Program-made: the position numbers and the translations under genes | The notes under the pieces: generated by a model | The model's input: the letters and a program-made list of their open reading frames with translations, nothing else | Databases searched by the model: none | Told to the model about the DNA's origin: nothing | Shown: positions 1 through 13,600 of the stretch, one piece after another | Layout: the number at the start of each line of letters is the position of its first letter | How positions within the stretch are numbered: position 1 is the first letter of the stretch | From: Paragordius varius | Taxonomy: Eukaryota; Animalia; Nematomorpha | Assembly (NCBI GenBank): GCA_964247055.1 | Contig: OZ176050.1 | Location: 12,710,001-12,774,000 of the forward strand | Direction: 5' to 3' | Length of the DNA: 64,000 bases

Positions 1-171
1 ATTATTGTCAGACCATCGGTTACATTCACCAACTAATCCTTCAGGACTTGATTCTGGTGATGGAATTGATTTATGATATTTTCCAGCTAAACAAATATTT
101 GTTGAATGTGTTGTATAAGCAATATTTAGCAACGATACGAACAAGATTAAAAAGATAGTAAAATTATACAT
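1..171 (-). CDS. Folate receptor / riboflavin-binding protein family member, 5' part (runs off the window start)
   Basis: Reverse complement from ATG at 171 gives MYNFTIFLILFVSLLNIAYT-THSTNICLAGKYHKSIPSPESSPEGLVGECNRWSDNN. This is a signal peptide followed by the C-x-x-GK-x-HK-x-x-P-x-PE...C-x-x-W N-terminal motif of the Folate_rec family. Absent from the ORF track. Confidence 0.75.
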   Translation of the reverse strand, partial: MYNFTIFLILFVSLLNIAYTTHSTNICLAGKYHKSIPSPESSPEGLVGECNRWSDNN

Positions 172-1687
172 GCTTGATAAATGATCTAACGAATGAATGA
201 TGCGTATATAGATTACGCTATCTTTGAGTAAATATAAAAATTTGATCCATTATTTAAATTTAAAAAATGGGTCTTGAAAAATAATCATAGAGGTTTTTAG
301 TTTGAAAATATGTCTATAATATGATTGCAATTATTGTCAATTCCTGATATCATAATACAGTGTGAGTAAATATACATTGCTTACGCCAAATATTGCCATA
401 TAGCATATGCAGGGATAAGCATTTATTTAATATGAGTAAAAAGATAACTCCAATAATACATCCATGTATATGCTATCTGGTAATAGAAACTGAAAACTAA
501 CGATTCTTGTTTATTCACTGTTATGCGATATTTCATTAGCACATTTTCTCTAAATCATGTAGCCCAAAATACACATAACCCTTACTTCTAACACTGAACG
601 GAGGGTATAATGGGGTTTAATATACATCACACATTTATATTGGCATAAGGTGCGGCCGGCAGGATCTAGTACCATGTAATTCTCCGGCAAAAATATTTTC
701 TTGAATACCTGCGCTGCGCTCTAAATAAATAATATTAACATTAAAAGATATTGATTAATTAGAGTATAAAACAATGCATACATAATATATATAAATATAT
801 TTATTAGCATAAAATATATAAGTCGCATCGATGGATCGGCGCGGAGTTAGCAACAGAATGTAGTTAAGGCGTTGGAAAATAGACTATGCATAAAAGTATG
901 GAGTGCGATACGGGAAACTGCATATTTTTTTAATTACTACTGATCTGAAAGGCAAAATTTTATTATCGATTGCCTATTATTCAAAAGTGAAAAGGCTCTA
1001 AAAAACAGCTTTTCCATTTTCGATGCCGTTTAAAAAAAATCACCCCAAAATTTCGATATAATTAATTTAAAATACGTTATTGTTTCTCCTGAATTATTTT
1101 TGCAGTAATTTGGAATTATTTGAATTTAGCAATAATTAAATATGTAACATTAATCTTTGATTACTGTTAATAATATTTGTCGAATGTAAAAATAAAAAAT
1201 TCCTAAATAATAAATAAATTCAATTCTAAGTAAGTAATTATATTATTAATCAATATATTCTAAATTTATCAGTATATTTTTTGTGCAAAAGGTGTATTTT
1301 GAGACAACATTACTTATATCTACATTATTAATTTAATTTTTAAATCCTCAATCACTGTTTACATTAGCCATTTTATTTTCCTTCTAACATAGCGTTACAG
1401 TCTCCAAAGATATATAACATGGCATTTCGAAAATTCAGGCTATTATTACAATTACGACACTCAAGACTGGATCATTCATTGATTTAACAGAATATGCAAT
1501 TAATTGGAAAGTAGAGGTACCTCACAGATTTGGCCATAACATTAAAAGCACAGAGGAGTTTTCGAATAAATTTTTTTATTATGTTTTATTGATATTTACT
1601 CGTAAATTAGAGTTTGGCTATGTCACATATTAGGACATACAATAAATACGTTTTTTATTAAGTTTTTAGTTTCTAGAAACATAAAAC

Positions 1688-4600
1688 ATGCTGTTTGTTT
1701 TATTATTATCATCGCATATTCTGGTAATAGGATCAACTACAAAAAGTATATATATAAATTATTTATTGATTAATATAATATAATAATTTTGCATATGTGA
1801 TCAGTAAATCGGGTCAAATTACTATTTTAAGATTTTTTTGAATATTTAACAATGATTATGTCAAATTTCATTTTTATCCAGCTCATGATTATAAATTTAA
1901 CAAAATTTGTTGTAACCAAAGACATATAAAATAATAATTTGATTTTTTGGTTTATCATCACACGGGCTTTATAAGAACTATTTAAATATTTCTATTCATC
2001 ATTTTTTAAAAACGATTTTGACTTTTTGGCATATCTGGTATGTTATGTCATTCCACATATTGTTGGACTTCTAATGTCGAAATTTTAGATGTTTAGCTGA
2101 TCAGTTAAACTTTTATCCAATGACTGTGATTCCTTTCAAAAATAAATTAACATATGTTTAATACGTGTAATATAAAATAAATTAGATACCGTTTAATGTA
2201 AAAAATAATTTTTTTAAAACATCATTTATTAAATTATTTTGATTAAATGTATTAAAATCAATTGATTTATTTCGTTTTGGTTAAATGACATTAATTTGTA
2301 ACAAATTGATTTTTTTAAAATATTTTTTTAAATTATTTTCATCAAATATTGTTAATTTTATTTAAATCAATTGATAAATTTCGTTTTGTTTAAATAAGAC
2401 ATAAATTTTTATTAATTCCATAGTCTTAGGAAGAATTGAATTCATAAACTGTGAGCCTTACTTCTTATTTGTTAAACAGTAAAAACTCAATAAAAAATAT
2501 TTTTTACCTCCTTTAATAAAACGGAATTTTAAATATATATATTTTTTCTGCCTAGCATGTACGGACGTTTGCCCAACCGACTTTAATTTAATCCCATTTA
2601 GCGGAAAATGTTTGTCCACAACTAAATCAGTGAAAATGGATTTCAATAGCACTCATAGATCATGTCAAAAGTTAAATAAAGACAGTTACTTGGCAACTCC
2701 TCAATCATTTCAAGATATAGTATAGAATTTTTTTATCAATTATTTTTAACAAATTAAGTAATGTAATGTATGATATGGAAAATGCGTTCAAACCAGTTCA
2801 TATTATTGGATTTTTTAAAATTTCTATATTTACAGTCATGTATCCTTTGTTTTATCAAAAAATTTTCGTTAAATGGATAAAAATATTTGGTAAAGAATGG
2901 AAAAAACAAGAGCTTTCTGGTATTAACAATATCATATTCATCAAAAAAAGTATAAGAATTACCATAGAGTTATTTATTCTTTACCAAATTATACCCATTT
3001 AACGGAAAAAAAACGTATAACTTTTTTACTCCTTGATCAATTTAAACATCATGTAACGTATATGATTAATTTTTTTATGTGTCAAGGATTCCATGCGCCA
3101 ATTATTGTTGGTCAACAATGAACGTATTTGGATAGGTATAACAGATTCAGATGAATTGGGAACTTTTAAAACTTTATCCGGTGATAAAATATTTGCCTCT
3201 TGTCAAGCCCAATGTAATACACCCTCTGATATGCCCCAACTGGCCGATTACTTGTATGAAAATAGAGTAGTAAAAAGGATGAAAAATTATATAGATAAAG
3301 ACAGATTTTTTTACCAAAAATAATTAACTATATTTAACTCATTATTTTAATGTTGCGAAAAAAAGTAAAGATGATAATTGTTTAAAACAGTCAATTATGT
3401 AATAATATTTGGGATTACCATATCAAGGGAAAAAGTATGGTTGTCTTATTTTAAATATTTGTCTATTAGTTTTTTTATTATCTGTATAATTTCGATTATT
3501 ACTGTAAATATTTTTATTAAGTAATAGTCAAAATTTAATTAATCGAAAAATGTTATTAACTTAGAAAATGGGAATTAGAAGAACCCAAAAATCTAAAAAA
3601 GCACCCAAACTGCTTACTTCTCAATAAAGAGGGACACTTGGCTACGAATGAATGTACAAAAGATAATTTTGGTTTATGTATGATGCATTCCTTCGATGAT
3701 TGTGGTATATCTTTGATATTTGAAATCCAAAATCAATTTTTTTACCGAATAATGCAAAACCGCATCAAAAGAAATTGTAATAAAAATAATATTTGCCCCA
3801 GTTGAAAAATCAAAATGTTGTTATATGAAGACAAATAAATTTTTAAAAAGACAACCATACCTTTTAAACCTTAATTTTTCCTATAAAACTCACTTAAAAT
3901 TGTAAATTACAATTCATTGTTTTACCAATATACAGCTTTATTTTTTACTTTGCTATATAAAACAATGAGTTATATTTATAACACAAAATTTGGTTTCTTA
4001 TAGTCTCGGTTGCTAATTAGGATATACTAATATATCCATCCTGCAACTGTGTAGACTAACTATGCATACTCCTTCCTGATTTATAATCACGTAAAAAGTC
4101 CAGCAATCTTTAAAAAATATATGTCCTTATGTTTTTGCATTTTAATTACATAATTTCATTTTAACTGTAAATCGGAAACATGTAATTTATTTAACCTTTA
4201 AAAAAACATAATTTTTATATTTTGTCATTCAAAATGTTTTTCGAAAAATAGATTATTGCTCCATTACTTGTCCATTCGAGGGTAGGCGTTTTCGACACAA
4301 TCGACAAATTTGTCTCATGTCAGAAATGAGTTGGATCGAAAAGGGTGGACACGCTGCCAAAATCTGCAAACAAAATAAATTAACCCTGTGGGCCCCATCC
4401 AACAATCAAGAAGTGGTAATATTCCATTTACAAATCAAATCACCCTTGAACAATTCAAATTCACCCTCAAATAATTTATATGATTTATAAAATTAAAAAT
4501 TACCTATATTTTTATATATTTTTAAAAAATAAAATATTATTTTATATTAGTAATGAGTTATATTAGTTTAAAAACACATAATTTATTATTAGGGTGATTT

Positions 4601-7600
4601 GAATTGTTGGAGGGTGAATTTGAATTGTTCAAGGGTGAATTTGAACTGTAAATGATATATATCCATGGCCATAATATTTTAATATAATTAAAACCTTTAT
4701 TGTCAAGGTCACAAAAAATGACCTAATTATACGGTTTATCATGCTTCGATGATTAATCTTTATTAGTCCACAGTAGTCCCAACCGACGCTTGATAATAAT
4801 AGCTTTTAGTAAGGAGTTTGCTATGGTTTTAAAATTAAATAATACCTATTCTATGTCTGTAAATTACCTATAAAATAGATATTATTTATTTGAAAACAGT
4901 TTTAGAGGAGATACCATCACCCGTAAGCGTGCTTAATTTGCAATGCTTTTTGGCAGATAAATCTAATACGCAGTCCATATGCTGTAATCGAAACTCTAAT
5001 TTTAAAAACTAGATTTCTTGATTATTTTCAATAGACAATAAAAAAAAGATTAGCCTATTTAGTCAATACCCGTTTTTGGTTTTATTAACTGTGTTACAAT
5101 TATATGAAACAGCATATATATTAAGTATAAATAAAGTTGTGAATGAATTTAAGCCATAAAACTTTAATTTAGTCCATAAATAATATTTTCCATTTTTACA
5201 TTTTGAAGCTGGATTGGGGAAATAGCATAGCTTATACAGCAAAAACCGAAAAATATTGGAGGATTGGTATATATCGGCGCAAAAATAAATATCTCCTTGA
5301 AAATGGTCTAGAAGCTACCTTGGATTACAGGTTTTTAGTAATTTTAAAATTATAATTTAATCTTAATAATAGTCATTTTTAAATAGTCGGTTAAATTGAT
5401 TAATTGAATAACATATGCATTTATTATTACATTGAGACACTTATTTATTTGGAATTAAGATACTAATTTATAAAATTGTATGATTTTCCCGTGAAACTTA
5501 ACAAATTTTTTGCAAAAGTTTATAGCTATAGATAAATATGTTTTTTGAATTCTATATAAATTAAAAAAATCCCAATGATATATGACAATTAAATTTAATC
5601 AATCAATTTTTATGGATATTCATATATAGTCATACATATTTAGAGATCGAAAGGTAGAATATGTTGGAGATGGTGAATGCTTGTACATTTATGTAAGTGG
5701 CAAAAAAACTTATGTCATGCAACAATCCTGTTCAGAAAAGCATCAACTTATTTGTGCCAAATACTGTAATCTCTTTTAAAATATTATCATTTCAAATATT
5801 TTGTTTTGATAAGAGCAATATTTTTTTATCTTAAAATAACTACAGTTAAAATTTAAATTATATAGACAAAAGCTAAAAGACAAATTCTTTAAACGACAAC
5901 CCACCATACTTTGTTATACAACCTTGATATTTGCTCTATAAACTATTTAATTATAATTTTAAATTTTATAATTTTGAATTTTGAGTTTCACAATTTACAT
6001 CGCTATTCCATATTTCGCAATCCTAATGATGAGTTATATTTAAAAAATTTAGGCATTTGTAAAAATGATTTGTCTTTTTTACGTTGGGTCTGTATAATCT
6101 TGTTAATTTTTACAGTGTAATGCATAATTAACAAATTAGCTTAAAAAACTCACATATAGCTTATGTTAAATAGATCAATTTTATGGAGAACCGTGTACAA
6201 GTAGTGATTGTTGGGCTGAAGGAAATCTAACATGCTCAAACTATGTGTGTCGTTGTCTCCCAGGCTACACTTTGGGTGCTAATATTTGTCGCCATAAGAA
6301 ACAACGTTCCTGCACTAAAAGTTTAAATCAAATGTTTGCTATTATAATGTTTTCCGGCTAAACATTTTTTGTATAAATTATATATTGGTGAAAAAACTTT
6401 ATGAGACACAGTTTGATCTTGCAAATTTGATTTTGATAGCTTTGCATAATATTACATATAACGATATAATGATTATTTTAATCGTATTGCCAATTGTTAT
6501 ATACAATCTCAATAAACATAATTTGAAACAGTAGTCATAACCGATTCAAGTGGAGTTATATTAAGTGCTAAGGTTAAAATTTTACACTATCTGCTGATTT
6601 AAAAAGAATTATAACAAAATATTAATCGAATTGGAAATACCTTTGTTATACATAAATATTTGGAACTTCATATCTGATGCATGTCTTTTTTCTTTAATAT
6701 TTTAAAATTTCGGCCTAACTTTTTTAAATACCCATTTTGTTTATCTGGACAGAGGTAAGGGCAGAGTTGTTAGGATCATCGATTTTTTCTTGTGTATAAG
6801 AAAATTTGAAACCCTTAACTGCCCAATATATATATATATCATCACTCTCAGTGCCGGGCTAACAAGTTTTTAGCCTTCATGGCCCTTAATATAATTAAGC
6901 CCTTGATTTCTAGAATGAAAATAAAAAGAACCATAAAATTTAAATTTTTTCAATAGTCAAATATGGGAACCAAACATGCCAATACAATGAATGTGACGAT
7001 GGTATGATTTGTAACAAAACGCTACATAATCAATTTGGTGTTTGTGAATGTTTACCAGATTACTTTAGATCTGAGACAACCATTACACAAGGATATTTGT
7101 GCCTTGCAGGTATAATGTATTGTTAAATACAGTATTTGCTATTAACAGGGAATATTTATTAAGATTATCGAACTGCTTTGAATTAGGAAAAGTTAATTTG
7201 TGAAATTTTAACAACTGTGAAAACGATTTCAGTTTTTGGAGATAAAAGAATATAAGATTTATACAGACGCTAAATCGACGTAAATACATGGTTAAACTTG
7301 AATGCTTGCATTAGAAAAACGGCTTTTTAAAGAATTTAATTAGGCGAAACAGAAAAGATTGACACAGCGATATTTAACTATTGACATATTTTTAAAGAGA
7401 GCGTATATTTTCGATTTCTCATTTATTTAATTCAGTGATATACGGTAAAAGTTTAGATTATAGGGACTAAACGTTAAGATGTATAAAAAATATATCTAAA
7501 AAACAACCATTTAAATCTTGCATTGTTTTAAACTGTAAAGTATAACATAGACATGTAAATTGGTAACACAGTGAATCTTTGATTTTGCATTTTGTAATTG

Positions 7601-10600
7601 AATGTTTTTCATAGCATAAATCAAGGGTTAAAAAAGTATGGTTGTCTTTTTAAATAAATTGTCTCGTATAATTTTAATTTTTACTATATTTATTATTATA
7701 TTGAAGGCGTAAGGATTGGAAATAAATGTAAATTGGATAAGCAGTGTATGATATACGATCCAAATACGTATTGTACGGAAATCGGTTTGATCAAAACTTG
7801 CAAATGTCGCCCAAACACTTTTTATACCGGGACAGTATGTTTACAAAGTATTTGCTATACAAAATACAATAAAGAGAGCTATATATTATCTATAGGTCAT
7901 TTCAGCATTTTATATGACTATACATCTCTGTTATCATGCCGTTGTATTACAGTGGATTAAATAAAAGAATATTGTAATAAAGAAATTAATATTAGGAGTA
8001 AAAAATGAATATTAGTGAAAATAAAGAAGAAACAAAGGGCCATGGTGCACGAGTAAGCATTACCATGCCCATTAAATAATTATTTTTTATTATGTACTAA
8101 TGAAGGGAAATAATATTACGTAGTAGTATGGTATTACATACTCAATGAATGCCCTTCCTTTTCTTTTTTAATTTCACTAATTTTCATTTTTTTACTTCTA
8201 ATATTAATTTCATTATTACAAATATTCTTTTAATTAATCCACTGTAATTAAATTTTTAAAATTATATGGAGAAGAAATACACATTGTTAAATTAAATGTG
8301 TAGTTAAAAATCTCATACATACCAGCAGACATGTGAAATAAAACTTCTCTAGCCATTTAAAATACTGAAATAGCCTATAATAGCCCTCGTTCCTGTATTT
8401 TAATTATTTCTTAGAAATTATTTTTTCTCGATTATTTGTCGAATGAGTGTTCCATAGGTGTTATATACAATATTTATGGGAAATTATATTTTTTTTTATA
8501 AAAATTGAATTTGTAACCTTATACCATCGGGTTTAAAATTAATTAAAACGACATAAATTGTAATCGACAACGGCAATGGGAATCTATTTGATATATTTTA
8601 TCCTAGTTAGATAAATTAACCGACCCTCCTTTCCCTATTAGTATTTTTATTTATCTAATAAGCACACGAGTAATCATTTATATAAATTCAATTTATTATA
8701 TCTCCGTATAAACACTTAAAATTTAAACATATAATTCCGATAAATTTTATGCTAGATTTGGTGTAACACCAATTTTAAAATTTGGACTTTAAATTATTTT
8801 TTAATATTAATCAGAAAAAGTTTATAGTGAACAATGTGAAACAACAGACCAATGCTCTGGAATTAATATGGTTTGCGATTCAATATGCAAGTGTGCCCAA
8901 GCCGCTTTTTACAATGGCAGAGAATGCATAAAATGTAGTTTAAAATTATATAAATTATTAGAGATCAAAAATGATCATTTATTTAAATTTTACGGACAAT
9001 CTTTATTTAAGATTAGTGTAAACTTATTAATTTTGTTCATAAACACTTTGATGATGTTAGATTAGCTATGAAAACCTGTAAAAATAAACTATTTTTTATA
9101 TAGATTAACCATTTCTTCCAATTATTAAAATGGTCATTTTTTACAGGCACATTTTTTCATACAAAATCATAAAAAACTTACAAAAAAATTGGAATTATAC
9201 GGACAAAACGTAAAAATGTAAATACAAATATTTTTTTCAAAAAGACAACTATACTTTTTCAAATTGTGATTTTTTTAATTTACATCATCGTTTATATTTG
9301 CAAATCAATTATATATTTTACAGTGGTAATTTTATATTTTCTTATAAGAATAATTTAGGTTTAAAAAGTATGTTTTGTCTTTTAGAAAAAAATATTTGTC
9401 TACATTTTATATCCGTATAATTTCTTCAATTTTTACTGTATATTTATTGCTTTGTTGCATTAGTTAAAATGTATGGCGAGTCATGTGTTTCGGATTCAGA
9501 ATGCCATAACATATCTAATTTGAGGTGTGTTACCAAGGTGGCATTTTCTAGCAGCTCATATGTCTTGTCACGTCCATACTTTTCCTCTTTATTTAATCAT
9601 AATCATCACATGCAAAATAAATTGATTTTTGTCACCTCTTACCTAAGGGGTAATCCTGTCCAATTATATCCCCCGATAAATCCACCCCAAAAACTAGATG
9701 TTTATGAAATAAGGAGACTTGACGAAAAAACCGCAAATTACAAAAGACTTAATCAATCACGCCATAGCAATACATTTTTTCAACAATTAGATCCGGACGA
9801 GGATCTAGGGAAAGTGTGTGGTTGTCAATTGCCTATGATAATAAGAAAGGGTTCATGCGTTTACGGTAATAATTTATATTTATTTATATGATGTGAGTTT
9901 TAAAGGAAATTTTGGTTAGATGAATTTGTGTTAAAGTCTAAAATTTTGACTATATGGGCCATCCATTTATAATAGGGGCAAAATATGTGTTAATTAGGAT
10001 GAGAGGATACCACTGAACATTTTAAATGCACTTATAAACACTCACATTCACCCTAAAAATAAAATGTGTGATTTGGGGCTAATCTAACTCATTATTAATA
10101 TGAAATATTTCTTTCTGGCCTAGTTTTTTATTTTTTTAACCAAGTTTTTTTAAAAATATCAAAAAATATAGGTAACTTTAGTCCAAAAACACAATTTATT
10201 TTAGGGTAAATTTGAAATGTTTAAGGGTGAATTTGAGATGTTCAAGAGTGATTTTAAAATGTTTAAGGGTATTGAGGTGAAATCGGTGTATTAATTGATA
10301 ATTTTGTGCAAACATATATATAACAGATGTGAAAACAGCAATTATTGTTAGTTTTTATTGTTTTCTCATGAAATGTAAACAATTATGACATAGGAAGTAG
10401 GACCCTATTTTAAATAAAGTGCTTTAAATTAAAAAAACCTAATTACAGAAGAGTCTTCTATATCTCAATTCATTCGTTATAATTTATTAGCATCTCTTGG
10501 AAAAAGATGTGAAACAAATAGTGAATGCACAGTCCTGAGCCCACATGCGGAATGCCATAGTATTAGCAAAATGTGTGCTTGCCTGGAAGGTTACATTCTA

Positions 10601-13600
10601 ATTACTGAGCCGAATGTAGGATGCACAAAGGGTATATAAATTGTTAATCGATTTTTAATGTGTTGAGTGATTTCAAATGTCATTTAATATTTAATAATAT
10701 TAATTTAAAAACCAATCCAAATTGAATTCCAAAGTTTGTGGTTTTACAAAAATAATTATTGCTTGAATAGGTTCTTTACATGCCTCCAAATGCGAGGCCC
10801 ATGAAGATTGCAATTTTTCGAATTCGCAATGTCTAAACAATACGTGCCACTGTCACCCCGCCTACAATTATATCAATCAAAGTTGTACATTAAGTTAGTA
10901 AATTTTTCTATTTTGATTTTTAATTTTAAGGATTATAATGTGTGTAGTATGATGAAGGTAGATGTAAATTATTTTGAATAAATGATTTTATTTACACTTT
11001 GCTGTTTAAAAAATTTATCTTTACGGAATGAAATACGGTGTATTCCCTGTCGTCCGCTCACATGGTCATCTTTAATCCTTATGAAATATATTGTATAATT
11101 CCCTTAAACATTACCATTGTGTTCGTTTTTTATAAATACATGGTGTAATTGAAATTCACCCTTCAACAATTCAAATTTACCCTAAAAATAAATTATGTGT
11201 CGGGCTAATATCATTATAAAATATATTTACGAATATTTTATTATTTTTTCAGCATTATATTAATTTTAAACAAAATTTTCATATTATAAAAATATTAAAA
11301 AATAAAGATATTTTTTAATATAAAAAAAACGGGTGAATTAGAATTGTTTAAGGGTGAATTTAAACTGTAATTGGTATAGAAGATTGAATGCAATAATAGT
11401 TGAAGTTAATGTAAATCAAGAGTCTCTTTTTCCTTTTTTTCGTAAAGGGTGAGGATTTAAATTATTGTATCAGGACTAGTGAGCACTTACTGCCTGCCTA
11501 GAGCTGACATAAACGATGTAAAAACTCGGTATTTTTGGAATTCTAACTCTAATAAAACGTACACACACACTCAATGTTAGACCCCGGTCACAACCTATTA
11601 ATTTTATAATTATTAATAAATTTTAATCAAGATAATATTCTCTCATTTATTTCAGGGATGTCAAACACCCTTTTTCGGTACGCTGCTCTAAAAAATGCAA
11701 AATAATAAAATTCAATCAAAAATTTACCATTATTTAAAACAGGGGTGTTCAAAACAAATGGCTTCGAGGCCCGCATTCGCAAAATATATCGGAATTTGCA
11801 AATTTTGTATTCGATTTTAAACATAAGACTCTAATAAAAACTATATTTATTTTAACAATTTTCGCTATTTCAATGCCAAAATTTGGAGAGTCTTATTCAG
11901 AAAATTTATTTAAGCAAAACATTTTTACCAAGATATTGTAAAATTTTGCATATGAAATTTCTCTCGGGGGCTGCAAAAATATTTTGAGGAGCCGGTGGGC
12001 CGCGTGTTAGCATGTCATCTGAAATTGGCCTTAAATAAATAAATGAAAAAAAAACAAAGATTATTATCACAACAGCCGCGAAGATATTTGTGTTGGACAT
12101 CCCTGGTTTATATCAAACTCTTTTAGTTTTAGCTCTTTGTTAGATAAATTGTCGTTTTATTACAAAGTTAGCTATTTATTTTTGTAATTTACATTTGAAT
12201 CTAAAGGAACATCCTTTGATGAACCCTGCGAACATGATTGGCAATGCCAATTTATGTCAAAGGAAACAACATGCTTCCGGAATCGTTGTCAATGTCGGCC
12301 TGGATATCATTATGATAATAGATATAAAGATTGCCTTAAGGGTTAAAATATTGATACCTATGTATATATAATACCTAATACGAATTAAATTGTATGAAAA
12401 TGCACCAGATGAATTGATATATATAAAGATAATTTGATAAAACGTAAAAATATAAAGACAACTTTTTTTTCAAAAGACTGCTGTACTGTATTAACTTGTT
12501 TTTTTTTATAAATAACTCATTGTTTTTACTTGCCATATATGAAATAGACATGTGTATTGGTAACACAATCAATTTTATATTTTACAGTAGTGAGTAAATA
12601 ATTAAGAAAAAAAGTTTATAAATAGGGTTGTCTTTTTAAAAAAATATATCTTTATTTTACGTTTTGTCCCTATAATTTCATTTTAGTGTAGCAGTAACAA
12701 TTGAAATTGTACGGACAGAAGGTAAAAATAATACTTTTTTAAACCTTAATTTTCCTATATAAAATGTTTAATCCCAATTTGAAATACATAATTGATTATT
12801 GTTTTACCATTTTACGTGTTTATTCCATACTTTGCAATTTAAAACATTAAGTTATAAAAATTTAAAAAGTACAGCCCCGTCTTTTAAAAAAATAATTTTC
12901 TTTATATTTTAGTATTTTGTCCGTACAATATAAATTTTTACTGTATTTGAATAAAATATTCGTATATTAAATAGGGCCTCTCATTTTTTTCTTTTGCAAG
13001 ATATGGACTGATATAATTTATAGATCGTACATTTGGTCATTACTGTGATAATAAAAAGCAATGCGAAGGCGAGAATATGACTTGTTTATACGCACTCTGC
13101 AATTGTACGCTTGGGACGTTTGTTCAAGACACAAAATGTGTGCCAGGTATGTTTTAGCAGACATTGTTGCCAGCTTTATTTGAAAAAATAATCAAACTGG
13201 AACTGCTTTTGTGTTTTTAACTTAAAAAACGGATTTTCCATAGAACCGGGAATTCATATGGCTTAAGAAAAATATGAATTTTATAAGAAGAAAATATTTT
13301 TAAATAAAATGTTGAATATTATATTTTAATAGATTATTATTCTTAGGGTAACGTAATAAGGCCCATGACATTTTTCTTCTCTATTTATATTTTATTGGTT
13401 ATTCAGAATGTATAAAGCTATTTATTAACTAAATTAACCTGAAATTTAAGCTATAAAAAAATAATTGGCCTGGAAACGAAATAAAGCAAAAAATGACTTG
13501 AAAACATGAAAAACGGATGTTCCGCTATTGAAGACCAAAGGGTTCATTTTAAATTGCAAATTTAATTACAAATCCTTTCTTAGCTTTATAAGACTAATTT

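Noticed and set aside
640-720. Helitron-like 3' end (near-palindrome TGCGGCCGGCA followed by CTAGT); similar hint at ~45545
   Set aside because: The hairpin is short and imperfect, and no 5' TC end or second full copy was found.
1393-1530. Possible extra lectin-gene exon or alternative start (ATG at 1419)
   Set aside because: All three frames hit stops before a usable donor; the exon at 1688 gives a proper signal peptide and phase.
2458-2652. Minus-strand 64-aa ORF
   Set aside because: It is antisense to lectin exon 2556-2719, which has the convincing CTLD translation.
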